Below, one piece after another: positions 16,744 to 24,259 of a stretch of 32,000 nt of DNA. The stretch is taken from positions 1-32,000 of the forward strand of contig JAUSKK010000045.1 in assembly GCA_030649345.1 (NCBI GenBank), given 5' to 3'. Origin of the DNA: Candidatus Iainarchaeum sp. (GTDB taxonomy: Archaea > Iainarchaeota > Iainarchaeia > Iainarchaeales > 0-14-0-20-34-12). Every line of letters begins with the position of its first letter. Within the stretch, counting starts at the first letter, position 1. Made by a program: the position numbers and the translations under genes. The notes under the pieces are model-generated. The model was not told the DNA's origin, did not search any database, and saw only the letters and a program-made list of their open reading frames with translations.

Positions 16744-17712
16744 TTATTTTCCTTTTCTATTAACTCGTTTGAATCCAGCAAATTCAATGATATTGAGTTT
16801 TCCGAATTTTTTTTCAACTTTATCCAATAACAAATTCATTCCTAAACTATCGGAACTCATATGCCCTGCTACGACTACATTAATGTTTTCAGTTTTGCAT
16901 TCTTCTACTTGGTCTTTGCTTAAATGCATGGCAATAATGGTACTGATTCCTGCTTGAGCTAATTTTTTGACTCTGCTTTTGTCCAATTCTGTTCCGCCAG
17001 TCATATCATAGGTAATTTTTCCAACTTTATTTATTGGAATTCCGTTGAATAAGGTTGGCCCCATTTTGTGTTCTTGAGCCCATCTGTATTCCGGCATTTC
17101 ATTTAAAATATTTAATATATCCTGCAGTGTTTCTGGTTTTTTTTCTTGCATTAATTTTTTCAAAAACTGGTGCACATGATTGTCTGCAATGGTGTGAAAA
17201 TTCATAAAGGGTACGTTCAGTAATTTGCAGGCAGTTGGTACTCTGGAATGATTGAATGCATGCAGTCCTTTTCGTACATCATCCAATCTAGGGCGAACCA
17301 CTGCTTCTGCTTGAGAGATTGGAACACCATCTTCGTTGAGTGTATGAATCTGCATGTCCATAACTCCATGCAGTGCAGCTAAAGCTTTTCCTTCAGGGTG
17401 GTGTGCGATTACTGCATCAATTTTTTGGCCTTTTTCTCTTAATCTGTCAGCCAACAACAATTCTGGTACTTCAATGTCTATTCCAATCATGACAGTTTGT
17501 ACTTTTTTAGTGTCTTCTCCGTATAATATTCGAGTATCATCGTACGGATTTTCTAAGCGTTCTTGGTCAAAAAATTCTTTGTCATTTCCTTTAAGTGCTT
17601 GAAAGTCTTCTTTTAATTTTTCTAATTTTTTCTTAATGTCTTTTGCTGGTCTGGGATCTTCTTGAATTCCTTGTTCAACTGCATATTCAAATAATTCTTT
17701 CATGCTGGCCAT
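16744..17712 (-). CDS. NIF3-like (dinuclear metal centre) family protein
   Basis: DAVIAHHPEG and C-terminal VVVAGHMSSDSLGMNLL resemble the HHP and GH..(S/T)E motifs of NIF3/YbgI proteins. The assignment is tentative. Confidence 0.5.
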   Translation of the reverse strand: MASMKELFEYAVEQGIQEDPRPAKDIKKKLEKLKEDFQALKGNDKEFFDQERLENPYDDTRILYGEDTKKVQTVMIGIDIEVPELLLADRLREKGQKIDAVIAHHPEGKALAALHGVMDMQIHTLNEDGVPISQAEAVVRPRLDDVRKGLHAFNHSRVPTACKLLNVPFMNFHTIADNHVHQFLKKLMQEKKPETLQDILNILNEMPEYRWAQEHKMGPTLFNGIPINKVGKITYDMTGGTELDKSRVKKLAQAGISTIIAMHLSKDQVEECKTENINVVVAGHMSSDSLGMNLLLDKVEKKFGKLNIIEFAGFKRVNRKGK

Positions 17713-17828
17713 AATTTCACCTTTGTTTTTTTGAATTTAATCATTAACTTTTAAGTTTATTATTAGATACTGAATTATATGATTTGGAGTAATTGTTTCT
17801 TAAAGTTTGCTGTTTTGGACTTAATTTA

Positions 17829-18281
17829 TCAATTTTGAATTGTTCGCGCATATTCGGGTGTTACAATTAGTGTTCCGTATTTTAAGGAACAAATTCCCAA
17901 TTTTCGCAAAAAACGAATTCCTGCTTTTATTTGTTCTCTTGACAAGTTTTCTGTTTTCATTATTGTTGCATAAATTGTTTGCGTGTCTTGAGCTAGTGTG
18001 CTTGTGCGTTCTAAAGTTTTTAAGACTCTGCTGGCGGCTATTCTGTACGGTTTGTAAAATCCGTTTGTTTCTGTTATTTGAAGCGTACGGTATACACGGT
18101 CATCCAATGCACGTATTCCATTCATGCCTAATTTTTTTAATGCTCGTGTTCTTTGCAGTTCTCCTTTTACTTTAGGATCTTGTCCATTGGCTTGCCATTG
18201 TCTGAACAATCGAATGCGTTCAGCTAAAACTGTTTGAACATGCGGTTCTAAATGTCTTGAAATTCTGGGTTTTCGTATCAT
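17829..18281 (-). CDS. small basic protein with a C-terminal wHTH-like region; N-terminus MIRKP
   Basis: 150 aa. It shares its first 14 coding nt (ATGATACGAAAACC) with the gene on the other side of tRNA-Leu. Confidence 0.5.
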   Translation of the reverse strand: MIRKPRISRHLEPHVQTVLAERIRLFRQWQANGQDPKVKGELQRTRALKKLGMNGIRALDDRVYRTLQITETNGFYKPYRIAASRVLKTLERTSTLAQDTQTIYATIMKTENLSREQIKAGIRFLRKLGICSLKYGTLIVTPEYARTIQN

Positions 18282-18323
18282 AGTTACTTATTTTATATGC
18301 TTTTTTGCTTTAAATAGTATATT

Positions 18324-18425
18324 GCGAGGATCTGATAGTGGCTATTCAGCCGGCTTGAGGTTCTTTAAAAAGATCAATTGGCCGGTCCCTTAGTGGGTCC
18401 GCAGGTTCGAGTCCTGCTCCTCGCA
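18324..18425 (+). tRNA. tRNA-Leu (anticodon GAG) with a 19-nt intron next to the anticodon
   Basis: Acceptor GCGAGGA/TCCTCGC. 3-bp D stem TGA/TCA with loop TAGTGGCTAT. Anticodon stem CCGGC (18350-18354)/GCCGG (18381-18385), anticodon GAG at 18357-18359, intron about 18361-18379. Long variable arm TCCCTTAGTGGGTCC. T arm GCAGG-TTCGAGT-CCTGC, discriminator A. No encoded CCA. Confidence 0.85.
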
Positions 18426-18518
18426 TCCCGGGTGCGGGATGATAGCACGTGCTACTTTCGCATTCGCTTCAGTAGCACTGTACGCGGATGTATCGTGCTT
18501 GCATGGTATGATTTATGG

Positions 18519-18533
18519 GTCCTGCTCCTCGCA
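18519..18533 (+). repeat. exact 15-nt duplicate of the tRNA-Leu 3' end (GTCCTGCTCCTCGCA)
   Basis: Identical to 18411-18425 (end of T loop, T-stem 3' strand, acceptor 3' strand and discriminator). The second copy is followed by T-runs (cttttgtttt). Confidence 0.85.
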
Positions 18534-18554
18534 ATCTTTTGTTTTGATTTAAAA

Positions 18555-18938
18555 TTAGTTTCTGGGCCCAATCCAATAATAGCGCGCAAAAGTTCCATTG
18601 CGTCCAGGAATGCTTTCTTTGGTTTCTCGAACTAAATTGTTTCGCTTCAGCCAAGCCATGGTGTATCCAAATACTTCGTTTGGAATATACTCTCCGGTAA
18701 GGCGTTCAATTTCTTTTTTAATTTCTGCTCGAAGAATTCCAGGTTTAGTTGTTACACTATTTTGAATTCTTGGCTTTAGTTCATGAAATTGATCGCTGGC
18801 CAGTCTTCTTCCTCCACGCAATCTAGGCTGAACTTTTTCAGGCACTATTATTTTAGGTTCAAGTACTGCCGGTTGAATTATGGGTTCTTTTTTGAAATCT
18901 CTGACTGGTTTTCTGCGAGGCACTGGTTTTCGTATCAT
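18555..18938 (-). CDS. small basic protein with a C-terminal wHTH-like domain; N-terminus MIRKP
   Basis: The track ORF extends to 18980, but the internal ATG at 18936-18938 has a TATA-like tttaaaat about 30 nt upstream and matches the N-terminus of the paralogue 17829..18281. Confidence 0.5.
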   Translation of the reverse strand: MIRKPVPRRKPVRDFKKEPIIQPAVLEPKIIVPEKVQPRLRGGRRLASDQFHELKPRIQNSVTTKPGILRAEIKKEIERLTGEYIPNEVFGYTMAWLKRNNLVRETKESIPGRNGTFARYYWIGPRN

Positions 18939-18994
18939 CCTATTCTTTTTTAGGCAACTTCTAATTTTAAATGTTTTCATTCCATTTGTTGAAT

Positions 18995-19564
18995 ATGGAT
19001 TTGTTGGATTTTCATTTTCAGGCTTTAAAATTAAAAGATTTAAAACGAACAGGCTGGATTCAACGCAAAGTTTCCAATCCAGAAACTGTTGCCAGTCATT
19101 TATGGGATCTTAGTTTACTGGTTTTAATGCATGCAAAATCTTTAGGCTATAATGAACTCAAATGTTTAAAATTAGCCATTGTTTCAGATTTAGTTGAATC
19201 CATTACAGGAGACATAGCAACTCATAAAAAGTTTTTATCTCAAAAAAATTCCTTAAAAAGAAAAGAATTCCAAGAAATCAAAGCAGTGCAAAAGCTGGTT
19301 TCCAAAATTAAGAATCTTAAATTAAAAAAAGAAATTCAATTGTTGTGTTTGGATTATGTTCAAAAAAAATCCAAAGAAGCAAAGTTTGTTTCGGATTTAG
19401 ATAAAGTCGAAGTTTGCTTGCAGGCTTTATATTATGCTAAACATAAGCGTACTCGGAAAAATTTGTTTGAGTTTTTTGAAACCAGTTATTCTAGACTATT
19501 TACTTTGGATGGTTTTCGTTTACTGGAAGAAGTGTTTGCTGAGTTTCAAAAATTAAAACGTTAA
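18995..19564 (+). CDS. HD-superfamily phosphohydrolase (YfbR-like 5'-nucleotidase fold) with an atypical SD in place of HD
   Basis: LKRTGW...ETVASHLWD...IVSDLVESITGDI...VSDLDK follows the YfbR-type motif order. The start was chosen at the second Met. Confidence 0.65.
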   Translation: MDLLDFHFQALKLKDLKRTGWIQRKVSNPETVASHLWDLSLLVLMHAKSLGYNELKCLKLAIVSDLVESITGDIATHKKFLSQKNSLKRKEFQEIKAVQKLVSKIKNLKLKKEIQLLCLDYVQKKSKEAKFVSDLDKVEVCLQALYYAKHKRTRKNLFEFFETSYSRLFTLDGFRLLEEVFAEFQKLKR

Positions 19565-19729
19565 ACCTAAAAGAAAGACTCCGAACAAGATTTGAACCAA
19601 GGTTAGCAAGATCCATTGAAGAAAGGCTCCAGTCCAGTTGACTCCGTGCTTGTAGGCTGTTCCAGCACTCCATTTGATGATAAACAAGTTAATGGCCAGT
19701 CCAATTGCAAAAAATATAAGGTTTGCCAT
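19553..19729 (-). CDS. possible small membrane protein (58 aa)
   Basis: MANLIFFAIGLAINLFIIKW...WILLTLVQILFGVFLLGLTF has two hydrophobic helices. It is more plausible than the plus-strand track ORF 19616..19828. Confidence 0.3.
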   Translation of the reverse strand: MANLIFFAIGLAINLFIIKWSAGTAYKHGVNWTGAFLQWILLTLVQILFGVFLLGLTF

Positions 19730-19824
19730 GCAAATAGTGCACTTTTTGGGTTTAAATTCTTTTCGAGTAGGTATATTTTTAAGTTTAAAGAACTATTATT
19801 TGTTACTTTTTTGGAGGGTATTCA

Positions 19825-20112
19825 ATGAATGTAAAAGATTTAAAGCCTAGAGCAGCTGTAGATGAAATTATTTTAACGATTGTTTCCAAAGCAGAGCCTC
19901 GTGAATTTGCAACAGAAAAAGCTTCTGGAAAAGTATGCAATTGTGCTGGCAAAGATGACACGGGTGAAGTTAAGCTTACTTTATGGAATGAACAAATCGA
20001 TGCAGTAAATGAAGGAGACAAAATTAAGATTCAGAACGGCTGGGTTACTGAGTTCCGCGGAGAAAAACAGTTGGGTACTGGAAGAAACGGAACCATTGAA
20101 GTAATTCATTAA
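19825..20112 (+). CDS. single OB-fold nucleic-acid-binding protein (SSB/RPA-like)
   Basis: 95 aa. VDEIILTIV...GKVCNCAGKDDTGEVKLTLWNEQID...GDKIKIQNGWVTEFRGEKQL is the typical short archaeal OB-fold pattern. Confidence 0.6.
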   Translation: MNVKDLKPRAAVDEIILTIVSKAEPREFATEKASGKVCNCAGKDDTGEVKLTLWNEQIDAVNEGDKIKIQNGWVTEFRGEKQLGTGRNGTIEVIH

Positions 20113-20126
20113 TTTTTGGTGAGATA

Positions 20127-20606
20127 TTGAATGTTCTGATTGCGATTTATGCAAAAACAGAATTTCCCAAAAACATTGCTTTGGCTATTCAAGAAGTGTT
20201 TGCAGCCCAAGGCTGGAATGTAAGCATTGAAGAAATTGTTCCAGTTAAAAAATTGAAAGAATTTGAATACGATAAACTGGAATTTGTGCAGTTAAAAAAC
20301 TCAAACTGTGATGTTTCCAGTTACGATTTGATTGTAATAGGTTCAGGTATTTGGAGTTTTTCGCCCAGCAAAGTATTGCTGTCGTATTTAAAAAAATTGC
20401 AAAATACTAAGGATAAAAATTTTGCAGTCTATGTTACCTGTATTTTGTCTGGTAATTCGTTGAAAAAAATTTCCAATATTTTAACTACTCAGGGAGCTAA
20501 AGTTGTTGAAACTGTTTCGTTTCGTTCTTTTTTTGAAAATGATAAAAGTAAAATCAAGGAAGCTAAGTTGTTTGCAGATTCTTTGGTTAAAAAATTGAAG
20601 CCTTAA
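20127..20606 (+). CDS. flavodoxin-like fold protein
   Basis: TTG start 4-5 nt after GGTGA. An alternating beta/alpha pattern (VLIAIYA..., LIVIGSGIW, FAVYVTC). Confidence 0.4.
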   Translation: MNVLIAIYAKTEFPKNIALAIQEVFAAQGWNVSIEEIVPVKKLKEFEYDKLEFVQLKNSNCDVSSYDLIVIGSGIWSFSPSKVLLSYLKKLQNTKDKNFAVYVTCILSGNSLKKISNILTTQGAKVVETVSFRSFFENDKSKIKEAKLFADSLVKKLKP

Positions 20607-21337
20607 TTTTCTTTTTTTTCTTCCAGTTGTTCAGTAACTTCTTGAGCTATTTCCATTAAAGTATCTCGTTCGAGTTCTTTGTTTTCTTTTCGTACTGCTC
20701 TGACTTTGCGTTTAACTTCTTTGACTGTTTGTTCAATGGTTTCTTCTCCGTACAAGGCTTGAATTTTTGCATTGAGTTCAATCCATTTTTGTTTGTTTTC
20801 ATTGGCTAAATTTTCATACGTTTTTGGGTCTATTTTGCGTGTCTCAAATTTTTTAACCAATACTTGGTCTTCAATTTGCAGTTGTTCTTTTTGTTTTAAT
20901 AATTTATTCAATTCTGTTTTTTTTCCTAAAGCAATTTGATTCAATACAATGTTTTCTGGATTTTCTTTTTTGCTGGAAAACGCGTGTTCAATTTGCCCGT
21001 CTATTTTAATGAGTTCTCTGTTTTTTTGTTCTACCATTTGTCTGTATTGTGTTTCGGTTAGTTTTCGTTTATAAAAAGCCATTTCTGTGAATTGTATTTC
21101 TTTTAAAAGAATTCTTTTTTGTTTAAATAAAGTGTGTACAATGGTTCTGGCTTGCAGTATTTGAAATCCAATAATTAATCCAGTAACTGTTAGAATGCTG
21201 AAGGTAAGAATTGGCAGAGTTTGATACAGGGCTAGTGAACTAATTAAAGCTAGGGCTATTAATCCCAATAAAAGTATGGCTTTTTTCCAGTTTCTTTTTT
21301 GAGTAATTCGTTTTTGGTATTCTTGGATTTCGCTCAT
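20603..21337 (-). CDS. membrane-anchored coiled-coil protein
   Basis: Two N-terminal TM helices followed by a long Lys/Glu/Gln-rich heptad-like region. Confidence 0.5.
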   Translation of the reverse strand: MSEIQEYQKRITQKRNWKKAILLLGLIALALISSLALYQTLPILTFSILTVTGLIIGFQILQARTIVHTLFKQKRILLKEIQFTEMAFYKRKLTETQYRQMVEQKNRELIKIDGQIEHAFSSKKENPENIVLNQIALGKKTELNKLLKQKEQLQIEDQVLVKKFETRKIDPKTYENLANENKQKWIELNAKIQALYGEETIEQTVKEVKRKVRAVRKENKELERDTLMEIAQEVTEQLEEKKEN

Positions 21338-21360
21338 GAATCGTTCATCTAGGCATTATT

Positions 21361-22362
21361 TTATTGTGGAATTTGTATGCGTAACAAATTATACGTCATG
21401 AAAATACGAGTTCCATATTGGGTGTGCACTTCTTGGTTTTTAAGTTCGCTGAGTCCTTTTCCGTTATCGTATTCCACAAAGTATTGGTAATTGGGTAATT
21501 GAATTTCTTGAGCATTTATCGGATAATCGGTGTAGGTGTCTACATAGACTGTGATATCGTATACGTCATCTCCGTCTTCATCAATTTCAAATTTTCCAAT
21601 TAAATATTTTTCATCTGTTTCATCTTCTTTAAAATGCGTGTAATCTGGATAATAATAGTCTGTTGTGCTTTGTTTATTTTCCAATTTATCGGTGCCTGTA
21701 AATTTTACTTTTTTTCCAAATTGTGCTTCAAATGTTTGCGATTTCAGCAAAAGATAAAATCGTTCATCTTCGAACAACAAATCATCTTCCGGTAATGTGT
21801 CCTCAATTATAATAGTGGGTTCGGAAATACTTTCGGGTTTGTATACATACGGATAATAGTTTATTTTTTCGAGTGTTTGTCCTTCATCTATATTGGTTGT
21901 AGTATCTAAAGCAATGCTGGTTCCCAGAGTGTTGTATGTAAATTGCTGGCTGGCTGCAAGAAGGTCTGGGTTTTGTAAAAACACTTCAGGGTCTTGAGTT
22001 GGATTTTCAGAGCGTAGTTCAAATCTTTGATTTTCGGTTCCTTTTTCAAATACATTTAAATCAAATGCTTTTCCATTAATTGAAAATACTTCTTCTTGGT
22101 CTCGGAAAGGGGCTGATTTCCAAAAAGGAATATGGTATACACTGGCTTCATGAGCGAAAACTATTTCGTTTTGATTGAATTCAATGGTAGTTAAAGGACC
22201 TGAAGGATATCCTTCTTGTAATGGAACTGTTTCTTCTTGGTTAATGGTTGAGTCATAAATTTCATATTGGTCTTGTACTTTTTCTTCTGCAGGCGGCTGC
22301 AAGCATGCACTGGTTACCAATACTAAAAGAATTCCAACAATCAAAAATGAACTTACTTTCAT
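21361..22362 (-). CDS. putative lipoprotein, unknown function
   Basis: The signal peptide ends in the lipobox VTSAC. Confidence 0.55.
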   Translation of the reverse strand: MKVSSFLIVGILLVLVTSACLQPPAEEKVQDQYEIYDSTINQEETVPLQEGYPSGPLTTIEFNQNEIVFAHEASVYHIPFWKSAPFRDQEEVFSINGKAFDLNVFEKGTENQRFELRSENPTQDPEVFLQNPDLLAASQQFTYNTLGTSIALDTTTNIDEGQTLEKINYYPYVYKPESISEPTIIIEDTLPEDDLLFEDERFYLLLKSQTFEAQFGKKVKFTGTDKLENKQSTTDYYYPDYTHFKEDETDEKYLIGKFEIDEDGDDVYDITVYVDTYTDYPINAQEIQLPNYQYFVEYDNGKGLSELKNQEVHTQYGTRIFMTYNLLRIQIPQ

Positions 22363-22399
22363 GCTATAACTAAAGAATTAAAGGTTTAAATGCGTTTCC

Positions 22400-22858
22400 T
22401 TATTTTTTTGCAATTAAATAAATAAAATAGCTAATAATGGCTCCAGAAATTAAATGAATGGCTGAAAAAGGAAATACCAAAAAGTCACCATATTGGATAT
22501 TGATTAAAATTTCAAACAAAAAAATTCCAGCCAAAGTCATTCCTAGATAATATTCGCTGCTGATTTCTTCTATTTTTTTGGTTTGTCCAGTAATGGCAGG
22601 CAATAATCCAGCCAATCCTGCGCCCATAGCCTGCCAGATTGTCCAAAATCCTTGTCCTCCGGGAACTAAAAAGTTCGATAAAAAGAATCCTCCAGCTCCT
22701 ACAATGATTCCGGCATCCATTCCTAAAGTAATTCCAGCTAAAACTGCTAAAGGAATAATGGGTTCTACGCTGGGCAAAGGAAACAATTTCAGGACTGCAC
22801 GTCCAATAATGGCTAAAACCAGTAAAGTAATCATTTGAGTATTTTTGCTTTCTGTCAT
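22400..22858 (-). CDS. small multi-pass membrane protein (possibly ECF S-component-like)
   Basis: Four to five Gly-rich TM helices. The family assignment is speculative. Confidence 0.45.
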   Translation of the reverse strand: MTESKNTQMITLLVLAIIGRAVLKLFPLPSVEPIIPLAVLAGITLGMDAGIIVGAGGFFLSNFLVPGGQGFWTIWQAMGAGLAGLLPAITGQTKKIEEISSEYYLGMTLAGIFLFEILINIQYGDFLVFPFSAIHLISGAIISYFIYLIAKK

Positions 22859-22904
22859 TACAATGAATTTAAACTAAACTTTTAAATCTTGTTCTGTTCT
22901 TTTT

Positions 22905-23408
22905 TTGTGTACTTTGACGAATATTGAATCTCAGGTTCATTTTGGCTTAACTAAAATTGGAGAACCTCAAATTAAAGAATTTTTTTATCAAAAATTACAC
23001 GAGTTTTTTTTAGACTTGCAAATTCCTGAACTTGAAATCCGAATGTCCTGCGAAGAAGGGCTAAAAGCTATTTTGGAAACCAGTATTTTAAATGAAGCCA
23101 TGTTGAAACGTGTTTTGAATGATTTTTGCAAAAACTACAGCATTCCAGATATGACGTGTTTGCGTTCTTCTTCTAGTCAAACTTCTGTGGCTGGAAAAAT
23201 TAAAACACGTAATCTATTTCATGCTTTGAGTTCCAATGAAGTTTTGGTTGAAATTTTTTGGCCCAATATTATTTGCACTGCTGGAAATCTTTCTTTAAAT
23301 TTTTCGATTGGTTCGCGCAATATTTTGATTGTACAAGGTTCTGTTGAAATGATTGAACAGGCAAAAATTATTTTGAAGAAAATGTATTCCAATATTCGAA
23401 TGGAGTAA
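22905..23408 (+). CDS. hypothetical protein
   Basis: 167 aa from a TTG start; the first ATG is at 23043. No motif recognised. Confidence 0.4.
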   Translation: MCTLTNIESQVHFGLTKIGEPQIKEFFYQKLHEFFLDLQIPELEIRMSCEEGLKAILETSILNEAMLKRVLNDFCKNYSIPDMTCLRSSSSQTSVAGKIKTRNLFHALSSNEVLVEIFWPNIICTAGNLSLNFSIGSRNILIVQGSVEMIEQAKIILKKMYSNIRME

Positions 23409-23416
23409 AATTAATT

Positions 23417-23896
23417 TTGGGTGAAATGACGATGAGTTTTATTTCAGTTCCTGAATTGAATTCTGATGTTTCAAAAACAATGCATGCTTTGACTTTTTTG
23501 GAACTAAAAAAACTAAATCTAATTGCTTCGGCAACGCTTATTCAAACCATTGAAGAAATTCCGTTGCTTTCTGAAACCCAAGCAGGAGTGTATGATTTTT
23601 ATTTTAAAGCCAATGGAAAAACTATTGGAATGGAAGTTTTAGCCAGGCCCAGTAAAGGCAAGTTAAAGCAAAAATTGTTTTATGCAAATTATGTGGATGA
23701 ATTCATTTTTGTTTTGCCTGTGGAATCATTTAATTTTTATAAAATTCAAAAATTGGCTTTTTTATCCAAAGTTAGGCCGAGTTATTTTTCGAAAGAATTT
23801 AATTCAGAAAAACTATTTGTTTGGCTATTGGATTTAGAAAAGAAAGAATTTATTGCCAAAAATCGGTTTAATAAAGTATTTCGCGTGGACCCATAG
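23417..23896 (+). CDS. hypothetical protein (weak PD-(D/E)xK-like pattern)
   Basis: 159 aa. GVYDFYF...GMEVLARPSKGK might be a nuclease-fold core but is not canonical. Confidence 0.4.
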   Translation: MGEMTMSFISVPELNSDVSKTMHALTFLELKKLNLIASATLIQTIEEIPLLSETQAGVYDFYFKANGKTIGMEVLARPSKGKLKQKLFYANYVDEFIFVLPVESFNFYKIQKLAFLSKVRPSYFSKEFNSEKLFVWLLDLEKKEFIAKNRFNKVFRVDP

Positions 23897-23972
23897 CCTT
23901 TAAAACCTTAAAAAAGCACTAGACTTAGGTTTTTAATGAATTCTTTGCAGTATTTATTAACAAGGTTTAATT

Positions 23973-24143
23973 GGGTGTGTAGCTCAGCCTGGATAGAGCA
24001 CCTGCCTTCTAACCTTTTTCTTTCTTCGCAAGAAAGAAAAACGTTAACGAAAAAGAAAGAAACCGGTAATGAAAAAACCGAAAGCGTTAATGATATAAGT
24101 GGTTGTGAGCAGGTGGTCGGGGGTCCGAATCCTCCCACACCCG
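23973..24143 (+). tRNA. tRNA-Arg (anticodon UCU) with a 96-nt intron at the canonical 37/38 position
   Basis: Acceptor GGGTGTG/CACACCC. D arm GCTC-AGCCTGGATA-GAGC. Anticodon stem CCTGC (24001-24005)/GCAGG (24109-24113), anticodon TCT at 24008-24010. Variable loop TGGTC. T arm GGGGG-TCCGAAT-CCTCC (C at position 55 instead of U). Discriminator G, no encoded CCA. Confidence 0.85.
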
Positions 24144-24159
24144 TTTTCATTTTCTTTTT
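24144..24159 (+). terminator. oligo-T tract after tRNA-Arg
   Basis: ttttcattttcttttt follows the discriminator base directly. Archaeal termination typically occurs at T-runs. Confidence 0.4.
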
Positions 24160-24210
24160 AAAAAAAAAGAAAGTGTAAGTTGTTTTTAAATTCAAAAAGA
24201 ATTTGAAAAT

Positions 24211-24236
24211 TTATCAAAATCAGTAAGTTTTGATAA
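24211..24236 (-). terminator. 9-bp perfect hairpin downstream of gene 24260..24901
   Basis: TTATCAAAA (24211-24219) and TTTTGATAA (24228-24236) flank an 8-nt loop, about 24 nt after the minus-strand stop. Confidence 0.25.
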
Positions 24237-24259
24237 TTTCTAAAAGAAAAAGTGTATGT

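Noticed and set aside
18426-18518. C/D box or tRNA-like gene in the spacer after tRNA-Leu
   Set aside because: GGAUGAUAG and UAUGAUUU only partly match the C box, and no CUGA D box is present. There is no second acceptor 5' strand or T arm to build another tRNA.
18378-18654. Track ORFs 18378..18635 (+) and 18469..18654 (-)
   Set aside because: They overlap the tRNA-Leu 3' half, the structured spacer and the 3' end of the better-supported gene 18555..18938. They have no start context or motif.
19616-19828. ORF 19616..19828 (+)
   Set aside because: It has no signals. The opposite strand encodes a more plausible two-helix hydrophobic mini-protein (19553..19729).
24012-24108. C/D box sRNA inside the tRNA-Arg intron
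   Set aside because: There are two UAAUGA elements but no canonical RUGAUGA/CUGA box pairs with suitable spacing. It is kept only as an open question within the intron finding.
23908-24195. Track ORFs 23908..24195 (-) and 23936..24178 (+)
   Set aside because: They lie over the tRNA-Arg gene and its intron. The region folds into a canonical cloverleaf, and the translated sequences are low-complexity K/E/F-rich.
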